A stretch of DNA of 62,961 nt, filler included, from Globobulimina sp. (GCA_003354225.1; 23 parts of 23 records of this genome joined end to end with filler, not necessarily neighbours in it), one strand, 5' to 3'. Positions 32,975-45,008 are shown, counted from the whole stretch's first letter. A program made the numbers and translations. Notes: generated from the letters alone by a model not told the origin.

Positions 32975-35080
32975 ATGAGCTTTTTTGTTAACAAACTTTA
33001 TCAAAGCATGGCACCTTTCGCAAAAGCAAACAAACATAATACCATACACCACACAATGTACATGTGTACGGTGGCATATTACAACAACTCGAATGGAGCT
33101 GCAACAATAAAAAAGATGTATCAACTGAAGAATGCGAATAATGCAGAGATTCTTAACAAAGCAATGGAAATTTATGGAAATATTTACGATAAAAAAGAGA
33201 ATATTTTAATAAATACAATGCTTAAATTATTAATACACTTAAAAGAATATAATTATATCAACTTAATGTGGAATGATATTGAACAAATTCAGCGTAAAAA
33301 CACAATCTCATGTCCAATTATTATAAAATGTTTTGTTTTCTCATCAGCTGAAAATAAAAACGATATTCTTTCCAAATGTATTCACGTTTTAAAATGGATG
33401 CAATATTGTAAATATAATATAAAATATTATGAAATGAATGATTTCTCAATGTCAGTCTGTAAATTATTAGCAATTTGTAGCGAGTTAAATGATATTAAAC
33501 ACATCCAACAAATTCATTTTTTGATTGATGAACTTATAAAAAAAGACGATGTTTTTATTAAAACCGCATTAATAAATTGCTACGGCAATTATTCACTTAT
33601 TCAAAATGCATTAAATGTATTTGATTCTGTTTCAAATAAACATAAAGACAATGTAATGGTTGCCTGCTTAATGAAAATATTAATAAATAACAATTGCAAT
33701 CATAAAGCATTGAATATCTTTGATGAAAATATAAAAATTATAAATTTAAAAACAAATGATTTTGTTTGTCATATGTTAGCCATCAAAGCGTTGATAAATA
33801 TTTCCGATTTGCACAGTTTTGAGAAAGGAAAACAAATTTATTTAACCATTACAAATAACAAAGTCATTGAAAACATTAAGCTCAGCAACATTTTCATTGA
33901 TTTTTTTGGTCATTTCGGAGATTTGAACAATGCGTTGAATATTTTTAATTCAATTCAATGTGATATAATTTCAATTGCATCCATGATGAAAACATTTGCA
34001 ATCAATCAAGAAAATGAAAAAGCTTTGCAATTATATAATGAATGTGATATGATTAAAGACGATATAATGAATGTGATAGCCATTAAATCGTGTATACATT
34101 CAGCAAATAAACAAAATGGATTTGAAATTATAAACAATGAAAAGCTACAAACCAAAGACGATATATTTATTAAAGCCGTTTTGATTGAATTTTATGGCAA
34201 ATTTCAAGATATAAACAATGCCGTAAATATATTTAATTCCGTTCAAAATCATAATAAAAATATTGTGATTATTGGCGTGATGATGGAAATGTATTTTAGT
34301 TGTAATTTATTTAATGAATGTATTGATTTGTTCAAAAATATTACATTTATTAATAACAAATTGAAACCAAATGCGATTTGTGTGGTTATTGCATTGAAAG
34401 CATGCACTCAATGCACATTATATCATTTTGGAAAATATTTATTTAATGATATTATACAAAATGATAAAGAATTGTTCTGTGATATATCCGTGCAAATTAA
34501 TTTGATAAATTTTTATGGAAAAATTGGTGAAATGGGGGTTTGTGAAAACATATTTAAAACTATAAAAATGAAAGAAAGTGATAAATTTTGTTGTGAAATA
34601 TCGATTTGGAATGCAATGTTTCAAGGATTTGCGCGAAATGCAGATATTGAAAATTGCATCAATTTATTGAATACAATGGAAATTGAAACAAATTATAAGT
34701 TGAAACCAGACAGAAAAACATATATTTTGTTAATAAATGCTTGTTCGCATTGTGGCGATTTGGAAAACGCATCAAATATTTGGAATAATTGTATCATTGA
34801 TCAAGATATAAAATATGATAGTTATGTCATTACTGCTTTGGTTGATTGTTATGCAAGAAAAGGAAAATTGGAGCAATCAATCAATTTCATCAAAGAGTAT
34901 GAAAAATATTCCAATCTGCAATCGTTTCCAATGTGGATATGTTTATTGAGCGGCTTTGTAAATAATAACACTAAAAACAAAGAGATTGCCATGGATATTT
35001 ACAAAGAAATGGAAATACGGTTTGGGACAGAGAGTGAAACAATGATTCCCGCTACAATTATTATTTCAAATGTTTATTGA
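32975..35080 (+). CDS. PLS-class PPR protein ending within E2, no DYW domain, complete ORF
   Basis: S: KTALINCYGNY..IQNALNVFD. P2: IWNAMFQGFARN. L2: KPDRKTYILLINACSHCG. S2: ALVDCYARKGKL. E1: WICLLSG. Ends IIISNVY-stop. Confidence 0.92.
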   Translation: MSFFVNKLYQSMAPFAKANKHNTIHHTMYMCTVAYYNNSNGAATIKKMYQLKNANNAEILNKAMEIYGNIYDKKENILINTMLKLLIHLKEYNYINLMWNDIEQIQRKNTISCPIIIKCFVFSSAENKNDILSKCIHVLKWMQYCKYNIKYYEMNDFSMSVCKLLAICSELNDIKHIQQIHFLIDELIKKDDVFIKTALINCYGNYSLIQNALNVFDSVSNKHKDNVMVACLMKILINNNCNHKALNIFDENIKIINLKTNDFVCHMLAIKALINISDLHSFEKGKQIYLTITNNKVIENIKLSNIFIDFFGHFGDLNNALNIFNSIQCDIISIASMMKTFAINQENEKALQLYNECDMIKDDIMNVIAIKSCIHSANKQNGFEIINNEKLQTKDDIFIKAVLIEFYGKFQDINNAVNIFNSVQNHNKNIVIIGVMMEMYFSCNLFNECIDLFKNITFINNKLKPNAICVVIALKACTQCTLYHFGKYLFNDIIQNDKELFCDISVQINLINFYGKIGEMGVCENIFKTIKMKESDKFCCEISIWNAMFQGFARNADIENCINLLNTMEIETNYKLKPDRKTYILLINACSHCGDLENASNIWNNCIIDQDIKYDSYVITALVDCYARKGKLEQSINFIKEYEKYSNLQSFPMWICLLSGFVNNNTKNKEIAMDIYKEMEIRFGTESETMIPATIIISNVY

Positions 35081-35175
35081 AAAGCAATTGGCTGAGGTAC
35101 CGGTTTATTTTACACCGTAACAATTACAATTTTGCTATTTGTTTAGAGTTTTTTTAAAAAATTGAGAAGGTACAA

Positions 35176-35562
35176 ATGGCAACTGAAGTAGACGCTGACT
35201 TAGACGTTGAGAAGCAACAATTTCTATCATTATCAGAATATCGTCCGTCGTCAACAACGGCACAAATCCAAGACAATAATAATATAAATAAGAGTAATAA
35301 TATTGAGGATGATGTGTCTTTATCAGACTCTCATAAACATCCCAAAGCAGCATTTTTCACAATATTTTTTAAAGGACTTGCAATCGCAGCATATGTATTT
35401 GGTTCATTTATTTCATCAAATTTCATATTAATATTTGTATTTGTAATATTAAGCCTAGCCTGCGATTTTTGGACAGTTAAAAATGTGACAGGCCGATTAT
35501 TAGTGGGTTTGAGATGGTGGAATCAAGTAAAACAAGACGGCACTTTCGAGTGGAAGTATAAC
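35176..35562 (+). CDS. TVP23: Golgi membrane protein TVP23, 3'-partial
   Basis: Family signature HP.AAFF.IFFK and DFWTVKNVTGRLLVGLRWWN. Confidence 0.93.
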
Positions 35563-35796
35563 NNNNNNNNNNNNNNNNNNNNNNNNNNNNNNNNNNNNNN
35601 NNNNNNTTAATTAATTAANNNNNNNNNNNNNNNNNNNNNNNNNNNNNNNNNNNNNNNNNNNNCTTAAAATTAAATATAAGCACAGACAAAAAGACAAACA
35701 CAAAAACAAAAAGAAAAAAGCGAGAAAATCGAAAATAAAAAACTCAAAACTTGTCTGAATTGAAGTCATATTTTCTTTTTTTTTATATTGATTGTT

Positions 35797-37392
35797 TTAA
35801 CATTTATCGTTAGTTTTATGTAATAACAAATCGACTTCCAACGTAAATATTTTGTTACATCGATTACATTTTATTATGTCTTGATTTATATTCATTGAAA
35901 TATCATTCAATTTTTGTCTTTTGTTTTGCGGCTCGCCCTCTTTATGATTATTATTGTGGTTCCTTTTCTTATTCTTATTGATTCCTAAAAACTGTACATC
36001 CACATCGATGTCCTCGACCTCGACCTCGTGGTCAGTGCTCGTAATCGTATCTGTTTCATTTGTGTCGTCATGACCATCGTAGCTGTAATTGCTAGTATAG
36101 CAATAATTGAAATTATAATTGTTAACATTGTAATTATTGTGTTGCTGTTGCTGTTGCTGTTGCTGTTGCATAATATTAATGTACGCCGTATGGTTTATGA
36201 AGTGATCAAAGCCAATGCTTTTCAACGTATTTTTTATTTCATTCATTTTTGGATTCCTCATTTTTTGAATATCTTCGCGAATCTCTAAGCGGCTCAATTC
36301 GTCGCAGGGCGCACAGTATTTTTTGGCTTTTTTGTAGTTTTGTTTGTAATTGAAATTGTCCCGATGCTCCCGATTAATATTCGCCTTCTCATTGTGCTCA
36401 TTCTCATTCTCATTCTCGTTGTGCTCATTCTCGTTGTTATCAATATATTTGTTTGCGATCTCCTGAGGTTCCAACAGAATGCCGCCGATCGCATCATTTC
36501 TCTGATAATACGTCGAGAACTTATTAGTGACCGGATTGTTATTATCATTATTTTCATCATTTTTATATGAGCCCATTTTTTCCATCAAACATTCAATTTT
36601 ATCGGTTCGAACCACATTGTTTCCAATCAGCTTAAAACTATCCAAACATAGACGCGATGCTTCATTTATTACATTATTTACATTTACGAGCTGTTTAATA
36701 TTGCAATTTACAAAAACAATTCGCATTTTCGCATATTTAACAAATTGCATACCTTCTTATTACTATTCGTATAATCATCATTTGAAGTTATTATTTTATT
36801 TATACATTGTCCAATAACAATGGCCGTGGATTTATCATCATTTTCTCCATTTCCATTCATTACAACAAATGCTTTATATTTTTCATTTTCTGCTTTCTCC
36901 TCTTTAGTATTTTCAGTATGTCTCTCCGTCCCTGTCATTGTCGTATATTTATCTCCCATATTTTCATTCATATCTTGCATGAAATTGGACAAATTATCTT
37001 GAAAATTGGATGTCAACTCAGAGCATGAAATATTATCTATTTAAGGAGCAGCGAACACAAAGTTTTTTTTTTTGAGAAAGTTTTTATTTAAGAAAGCAAA
37101 ACAAAGTTTCGTAATGTTTACATTAGTTAAACTTTGAAAAGAATGGAACCTGAATTTACTTGCCTGAATCAACTGAAAATTCATCGTCATCATTATGCAA
37201 TTTGTTATTGGTGTAATTAGTTTTGTTAATTGTTGGATGTTGAATAAATTGATTATTGCTTGATTTTGTTTTACAAACAGTTACAGTATGAATAATCTTG
37301 TTATTTTTTGCTTGAATTTTGATCATGGGATGTTTATCTCTTTTTGGTTTTGTCATTGCTTGAAGCGGTGGAATATTTGCCATATTTGCCAT
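35797..37392 (-). CDS. Low-complexity nuclear-type protein with a C-terminal zinc-finger-like motif, 3 predicted exons
   Basis: A 62-nt GT-AG intron at 36691-36752 is in frame. A putative first intron at 37037-37163 is GC-AG. NLS-like EPQNKRQK and terminal CNRCNKIF...LLLHKTNDKC. Confidence 0.65.
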
Positions 37393-37502
37393 TTTAGCTC
37401 ACTTAACTTTACTTCAACTCAACTCAGCTTAGCTTTTTCAAATATATCATCAAGTCAAGTCAGGTCAACATACCGCTTATTCCAATCAGCTCCAAGTCGG
37501 CA

Positions 37503-38303
37503 ATGACTTCCGTGGAACCAATTCGAACGCGCGTCTTAGCATTGATTAGAAAACATGAGCCGGATAAGACGGAGTCAGTTGACGTCTTAATGAAAAAATG
37601 GAAAGGAAAAGAAAATGATTTATTAAAAACATTGTGTGAAAAATATAAGGAGAGATATACGAAATTGCCGCCAATCCAAATTAAAAAGGTGTATTCGATT
37701 GGAAGTAAATTAGGGACGGGAGGCTTTGCCGTGGTTCGTAAATGTAAGAGACGCGCTGACGGCGTGGTATTTGCCTTAAAAGTGATCAATAAAAAGAATT
37801 TGGATAAGGACGACTTAGTTATATTAGAGTCTGAAGTGAATATTATGCGACAAATCTCGCATCCAAATATTGTGAAATTGTATGATATCTTTGATAGTCG
37901 CTCGAAAATGTGTTTAGTGTTAGATTTATTGGAAGGGGGCGAGTTATTTGACCGTATTATCGAGAAAGGACATTTCAGTGAGAAAGATGCCTCGACTTCT
38001 TTTTGCGAAATGTGTACGGCTTTGGCCTATTTGCATAGCCAATCCATCGTCCATCGAGACCTCAAGCCCGAAAATCTCTTATTTGCCACCAAAGACAACA
38101 ACTCTGCCATTAAATTGATCGATTTCGGGCTAGCCGGCTCGTGCAAGACTGGCGAGTTAAAGACGCCGTGCGGTACTCCCAATTATGTGGCACCCGAAAT
38201 ATTACGGCGCTCAAAGTATGGCACCCAGGCCGATATGTGGTCGATTGGCGTGATTTTGTACATCATTTTGTGCGGTTTCCCTCCTTTTTATGATGAAAAT
38301 GCA
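37503..38303 (+). CDS. Ca2+/calmodulin-dependent-type Ser/Thr kinase (CAMK1-like), 3'-partial
   Basis: Motifs LGTGGFAVV, ALKVI, GGELFDRI, HRDLKPENLL, DFG, CGTPNYVAPE, DMWSIGVI.YIILCGFPPF. Confidence 0.93.
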
Positions 38304-38506
38304 NNNNNNNNNNNNNNNNNNNNNNNNNNNNNNNNNNNNNNNNNNNNTTAATTAATTAANNNNNNNNNNNNNNNNNNNNNNNNNNNNNNNNNNNNNNNNN
38401 NNNCAAATAATGAAATGCAATACACATAACAATACAAAATAGAATAATAAAATAAGTTTAGCAATAAAATAAAATAATATTAACAGCAATATTTATAAAA
38501 GTATGT

Positions 38507-40478
38507 TTAATGTTTATTTAAAAATAATTTGCTCCCTGAAGTATACACAGAAGACTCAAGCTTCGCTAAATCATATTTCTTTTGATGTTTTTGTAGGTTT
38601 CTTTCATGCGATCTCGCCCAATCACTCACGTTATCTCTATCTAAAATTTGACTCAAAAACCACATTTTATGTTTTTGTGCTACAGCAATTCCAAATGATT
38701 TTAATTCTTTTAGCAAATGCATATATGGTATATTCCATTGTAATACACCTCTGGCGACAGCATGTTGATATGAAAGTGGTCCCAGAAATCGTTTTTTATT
38801 GGCATATCCATTAATAACTTTATTACATGCCTCATTCAAAGATGTACATCCAGGACGTAATAATATTGTAATCAAATCATCATTCAATATCTCATCATAT
38901 AAATATTCTGTAAACAATGGTCCAATACCGATCGGTAAAACAGTTTTTAAGGCAGCAGACTTATTATTTGCAGTACCAAATGCTGTTTTGCACCAATGAT
39001 ATTCATTCAAAAAACAATCTGAATGATATTTATCATTTGGCATATAATGTGTTATTACTTTCTCAATCGCAGCTTTTGCAGCATCGATTGTGGTTATTTT
39101 ATTATTATGGAATGAAAATTGAAACAATTTATCTGTGAATAGCCGGGAAAATTTCACAGTGAAACCAGTAACATTATATTGAGGAGCATTGGTCCATTTA
39201 TATTGTTTTTTAAATTTCAAAACTTTTGGAGAGAAATTTTTTTTAACATGAGCTTTATCGGCAAGTAATCGAATGGAATTACCAACAATATTATTATTTT
39301 GATTGATTTCTTCACATAATTTAGCTATTTTAGAGTCACCATCCACGGAAATATTACTTACAAATATACCACGTGACTGTAAATAAGCAATACCAGATGA
39401 TAACATTACTGGTTCCATATTTCCAGATGCAACGTTCATTGGATAATTAAACCCTTTGCATCTGGTATCAAACAATATAACTTTACCAGTATTACTATCT
39501 ATAAATGTAACCAATCCATTTCTTGAGCTTCTGGAATAAATTTTATTATGCCAAGATCCATCGAAGCCAAGTGCACAACATTTATATTTTATAGGTTTTG
39601 GAGTGGGATTAATATTGGATTTTGTTGAAATTGAATCGGATTTATAGCAATGTTGGTGAGATTTGAGAATGACTCCGATTTCATTTTCATTTTGCCTTTT
39701 TGCCTGGAATATTTTACATTTTGCTACGACTTTATCAACTCTGTATTTGGAATCAAGCAATTTGTGACATATATTGTAGCAGAAATATTATTTAGGAAAA
39801 TAAAATTACAAACTTTGAAAATGTTTCACCACTAATCAATGGTAAACATAAGATAGATTGCAGTTTATTAATAGGACGACGTTTCACACTCAATTCATTG
39901 GCCGATATCACAAAAGATATATCCATTTTATTCAATGTATATTTTTCATCATCAACAAACACATCAACATTTTCATGACATAACTCCGACGCTAACACAC
40001 AATCACAAACACCACAATAAAATTCAGAATATCTGCCGGTATGTTTCTTCTTATATTTACATCGGATTTTTATGTACGGAGTTGATTGTTGATGCATTGC
40101 AGCATGATTTCTTAGATGTAAAGCAAAATTGATTTGAGCAGTCTGGAATAGCGAATTAAGACCGCCTATATTTAATATTTCATTATGACTTTGAGCGTTG
40201 TTGGTATCTGATCTATGTATGCGTTTCTCTACCAATTGTATATTTGTTAATGTATGGTTCGTGTTTGTGTTTGAATCATTTCTATTTTTTTCAGCAAACT
40301 CAGTTTGTTCTGGACGTCCTCTGCCATGCCATGATTTCAAAGCTTTCAAAGAATTTGGGTGCACTTTGCGCTTTTTACGTGTTTTTCGTTTTTTTGGAGT
40401 CGGTGGGCTGCGTATATTGATGGAGATCTGTGTTTCTCCGCCATCATTTAAATGTGCATCTACAAATGTGCGTTTCAT
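38507..40478 (-). mobile_element. Mutator-superfamily (Phantom-type) DDE transposase gene, 2 exons, 632 aa when spliced
   Basis: A 73-nt GT-AG intron at 39741-39813 fuses the two ORFs. Motifs FDGSW...SRNG.VTFID..TGKVI, SGNME, VDGDSK, AHVKK, H..C.....WC, T..NE..N and terminal YTSG. N-terminal NLS and GRGRP. No TIR or TSD is visible within the contig. Confidence 0.85.
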
Positions 40479-40556
40479 CACTAACTAGCAAAAAAAAACA
40501 CTAAACTATTTTCCACCTAAACCTAATTCATACACTCTTAATTCTCACACACAATT

Positions 40557-41044
40557 ATGGCTGCTGAACCAGTAAAAAGATCAACGATTTTAATGGCTAT
40601 TGCCAAAGGTGCAGGAAATGCAGCAGATGGAACCACTAAGGTTCAAGTTGTAAGCTGGATTGTTGCGAACACAGAACATAAGAAAAATCCAGCCTTACGT
40701 ACGCAGGTAGATAAATTATTGAAAGCTGCAAAAAAATCAGGCGTTTTAGTGCGTGGAAAAAATAATTCGCGGTTCAAATTGGCAAACCCTACATCCAAAG
40801 AGAATCAATCATTAATTACATCGAAAGTTAAATCTATTTCACCGGCGCCAAAAGCTGTAGCGGCAAATAAAAATAATAACAAAAACACCAAAATTTCCAC
40901 TCCAATATCACCACCAAAATCTAAACCAACCCTCAAAAAATCTCCTAAATGGTATGATCCTTTTAATTGCCACGATGAAGCTCATCCAGATTATGATCCA
41001 AATAAATGTAATCCTAAAATTGCCGGTGATTTTAGTGTCGCTAT
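40557..41044 (+). CDS. Linker histone H1/H15-like winged-helix protein with a K/S/P/A-rich tail, 3'-partial
   Basis: ILMAI...GTT..QVVSWI...VDKLLK...KSGVLVR.K..SRFKLA follows the H15 pattern (MIxxAI...GSS..AI..YI...LK..V..G.L....FKL). A basic tail contains SP motifs. Confidence 0.65.
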
Positions 41045-41144
41045 NNNNNNNNNNNNNNNNNNNNNNNNNNNNNNNNNNNNNNNNNNNNTTAATTAATTAA
41101 NNNNNNNNNNNNNNNNNNNNNNNNNNNNNNNNNNNNNNNNNNNN

Positions 41145-42059
41145 TTTCGCCATTGTCCGTAAATCTGAACCTACCCTATTTTCTGCATATTGCATGATGA
41201 GTTGTTCCTGATTCTGCTTCTCCATTTTACTTTTTTTAATCAAATAAACAGGATACAGTGTAGTCAAAATAGAGCATGGGAATGCCACCAAATCCATAAT
41301 AAATATATTCACCAATGCTGAGGCTCTATTCCATGTTACACTGTCTGTCCTCGATCCGTCCACATAACGCACTGAAAACACCACCATATACACAACGAAC
41401 GAAACGCAGATCATCGACATTGCCACGAACACTTCATTCCTAATCTGATAGATATCGTTCACCAATCTCAATTTGAATAAGATAACCGAGCCAAATAAAA
41501 TAGGAATCAATACCTCCACCAAATGGATCAAATCAGCCTCCCACATATCGCCATAAACATTCGGTGTCTTGTCGAGCATTGAGGGGATTATGGCATCCAT
41601 GAATGCAAAAAAAAAATAGGGAAATAATATTATTTTCATCAAATAGGTCATGTCACCAAAACTAGTTTTATGCTCAATATACCACGAATTGATGTTTTCT
41701 TTCCATATGCCGGCCAGTGCCAAATTATATTGTTGCAGGAAGTAAAGGTAATAAATTTTGGCGACGAGGAGATACATTAAGCCATGCCATGTGAGAGCAA
41801 ATAGGAAATGTAAAGACCAGGCTGGGACCACAGCAATACCGAATACTGCAGCCACTAAAATGTACATTCTTTCAATCAGTAAACCAAAAATAACAATGCC
41901 GTTCATCAATGTGACTGCCAATGGGTTGCGATAAATGATTAGGTCATTCTCTTTGTGCTGATGGAAGGCATATAGTCCATATAAAATTAGAGGAATGAAT
42001 ATGAAATAATTAAACACTGTGATTGAGGTTCCAAGTATATTGATGCCGTCCCATTCCAT
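41145..42059 (-). CDS. 7TM membrane protein, possibly 7TM-RGS type, 3'-partial
   Basis: About seven hydrophobic helices. R.P after TM1 and DIYQIRNE before TM6 recall 7TM-RGS proteins. Any RGS domain would lie beyond the contig end. Confidence 0.7.
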
Positions 42060-42571
42060 TTCTGGTTTTTTTAAGTAAAATGTATTGACGATAGAAACAA
42101 ACCGCCAGTCGTATTTAACGGTGATCCAATAATGTGAGGATGCGTTAGAGGACAATGGTTACCACTAAAATACAGAAGGCAGAAAATACTGCGCAAAGAT
42201 TTGAGTGAAACATCAAAACATGTCACGTTTGTAAGAATTTATAAGACAATCTCTTCCAATTCACATTTCCGTGTTTATGACAGCAACGTCGCTCTTGTAA
42301 ATTCCATACCTTCAAATATTGTGCTGATCACAGTGTCATCACACTTTGGTAACATCTAAAAAAGCAACAATCGATCCGTAATATTTTACAATAAATGTAG
42401 ACCACGATCAATGCATTCAACTCGATACCATAAAATAAGAAATATTTCCCCGCATTATCTGGGAATGGGATTAATAATTTGAATGAAGCGGCTCTATGAT
42501 ACAACACACCATCATCATCTGATTAAAATTAGAACTTTCTGAAATATTAATTGGCAGTCAATCAAATAATA

Positions 42572-43216
42572 TCAATCTAAACAAACAACATCAATATGTT
42601 TGCCGTCTTGAGTAATTATTGAATCTTTCTGCAAATTATCGTATTCCTTTCGGATTTGTTTATTATAACGTTTTCGAATCTTTTTTGAGTTTCTTGTTCT
42701 TTGGCTAATGCTCCATGGTTTATGTCCATGTATACGGCCTGCATTCCCCCCATCTTTTGTATTTTTTTTGCGATCTATTTTACTTTTCCTCTTTGTATTT
42801 ATTTTGTGATCTATTTTGCTCTCATAATGATCGGATAGCATATTTTCCTCATCTTTTGCATTTATTTTGTGGAACGAAGTTAGTATATTTTCATTACTTT
42901 GACACTTTTCATCCTTAAATAATGATTTCTTCCTTTTGTAAATATCCGTATGGTGGCCATCCAAATGATGAGTTTCATAGAGCTTCATTCTTTTATTTGG
43001 CCTTTCATCAAATTGTGATAAATCTATTTTCCTTTTTCCGCATTGATACACATTTAGTTTTTGTGGCGATTCCTGATCAGAATCGCTAAAAAGCATAGTA
43101 AACCTATTTTGTTGTGTATTGTTTGCGAACTTATCCTGTTTCTTATAAATATTGCCATCATCATCTTTTTCTAGTTTTGGAATTGAATATGTTGTATAAT
43201 CAAACGAATAAGACAT
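42572..43216 (-). CDS. Hypothetical K-rich ORF, possibly part of a decayed gene or element
   Basis: 214-aa ATG-started ORF with no recognisable domain; flanking frames are broken. Confidence 0.45.
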   Translation of the reverse strand: MSYSFDYTTYSIPKLEKDDDGNIYKKQDKFANNTQQNRFTMLFSDSDQESPQKLNVYQCGKRKIDLSQFDERPNKRMKLYETHHLDGHHTDIYKRKKSLFKDEKCQSNENILTSFHKINAKDEENMLSDHYESKIDHKINTKRKSKIDRKKNTKDGGNAGRIHGHKPWSISQRTRNSKKIRKRYNKQIRKEYDNLQKDSIITQDGKHIDVVCLD

Positions 43217-43697
43217 TTAGTACAGATACAAACGTTTCTATTGTAATTATATTGACATCAAACAACGTCAAAATCTTATAAATTATGGAATTGTATTCAG
43301 TGAATAAAATGCATTTATCATATGGTGCAGATCTTGAATATAAATACTTTGTAAACCGATATAGCAGAGACAAAATGCATGGCTTCTCCAAATTCAGTTA
43401 AGAACATGAATACATTATCCACATTTTGATACGAACAGAAAACTTTCTTTTTATCTCAAACATGGCAGAAACCCTCAGATTCACGGACAGATGGATAAAT
43501 CTCAACAAACCCTGTTACAAATGACGACCCATGCATCTGCTGCTGCATTATCCAAATTCGTTTCTAAAAATTATCAACCACTGTACGTATCAGTTTATAT
43601 TGCGTTTATATTTAACATCATTGAGGACATCAAACTACAATAAAAATGACGGATATTAGTATTTTATCAGAAGTCAATAAAATCGTGCCTGTGAACG

Positions 43698-43784
43698 TGT
43701 TTCTAAAAATAAAGTTTTTGAGTGGGGGCGCATCTTTGGCGCGTAGCGCCGCGCCCCCACTCAAAAACTTTATTTTTAGAAACA
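43698..43784. repeat. Perfect 34-bp inverted repeat with an internal GGCGC-GTA-GCGCC mini-hairpin, cut by the contig end
   Basis: 43698-43731 (TGTTTCTAAAAATAAAGTTTTTGAGTGGGGGCGC) is the exact reverse complement of 43751-43784, with a 19-nt spacer. Confidence 0.95.
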
Positions 43785-43884
43785 NNNNNNNNNNNNNNNN
43801 NNNNNNNNNNNNNNNNNNNNNNNNNNNNTTAATTAATTAANNNNNNNNNNNNNNNNNNNNNNNNNNNNNNNNNNNNNNNNNNNN

Positions 43885-44943
43885 TCCGTAATGATTTAAT
43901 ATTATATTCATTGTTATTCCTCGGTACATAGACAGACTTCCAATCCAACTTTTCATCATCTTTCATATCATCAGTACTTTCAACATATTCTATTTTATAT
44001 CCAACACATTCTTTTCCATCGCCTTTTAGATAAAATTCAAACAATTTGTGACATTTCTAACGATGTATTTATTGCATATAAAAATATCACAAACTATTTG
44101 GATTTGTTCTAATTGTTATTTTTGCCGAATTACACGTCACTTTTGTCACGGTAACGGATGGGGGCAATGCAATATTTCCATCTGAAACAATACCAATTTG
44201 CGATAACAAACTCTGTAAATCATTAACTTCAAAATAAACAGCAATTTTATCATTTGTCACTGGATTTATTTCCATCTTTTCAGCAAATAATACCTGAGTT
44301 TGTGACAATATTTTTCTTTTTCTTTCGACACTGTCCATATTAATATCTTTCATCATATTTTGTGTTTCATCATAGATTTCATCCAATTTCTGCACTTTAT
44401 CTGTACATAATTTCTGTTGGTCTTTTAATTGCATATCTTTTTTATTTGTGATATCCTTTAATTGTTCCAACAATATATTCCTTCTCTCATTTGCATTGAC
44501 AACAATATTATCAAAAACTGCATTGATTTTTGTTTCTAACTCTTGCGAATTTGCGTTTAGATCCTCTCGAATTTTGGTTATATTTGAAATGGCTGCGGTT
44601 ATTTTAACACTTTCTTTTTGAATTTGTTCCGCTGCTTTCTGTTCTTCAATGGATACAATTGACACTTTAGTTACATTCAACATTTTATACATTACAGATT
44701 GCGGAAACTGTCGAATTGCTTTCATAATTTTAGCAATTTGAATGGATGACAATTTACATTCTTTTAACATGTCTCTGATTTCTTGCTCGGCACTTTCCAT
44801 TAAAAGGTCATAATCTATGTCCTTCGCAACTAATTTATGATACCATTCCAGTTTTAATTTGCTATTTTCTTCAAATAATTGGCGTAATGGATCACTGCCT
44901 TCTGAACCTTCGGCAGTAACTGAGGTCTGTGCAAGTAGGCCAT
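43885..44943 (-). CDS. SAM-like, coiled-coil and fibronectin type III protein, 3'-partial, apparent 1-nt deletion just after the ATG
   Basis: A 72-nt GT-AG intron at 44023-44094 gives PPSVTVTKVTCNSAKITI...GYKIEY...W...YNIKSL (FN3). The frame is open upstream of 44800 to about 44947, but the ATG at 44943 is out of frame by one base. Confidence 0.7.
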
Positions 44944-45008
44944 TCTCTCAAGAACTAACCAGTTAAAACTATATAAAAAACACCGCGCATAGCTCAAATC
45001 AAACGGCA

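Noticed and set aside
10978-35080. Apparent clustering of PPR genes across the window as one locus
   Set aside because: They are on separate contigs. Only the pair at 10978-13621 is physically linked.
38404-38506. Search for a transposon TIR or TSD downstream of the transposase
   Set aside because: Only low-complexity A-rich sequence precedes the contig edge, with no inverted match to the upstream spacer. The element ends cannot be placed.
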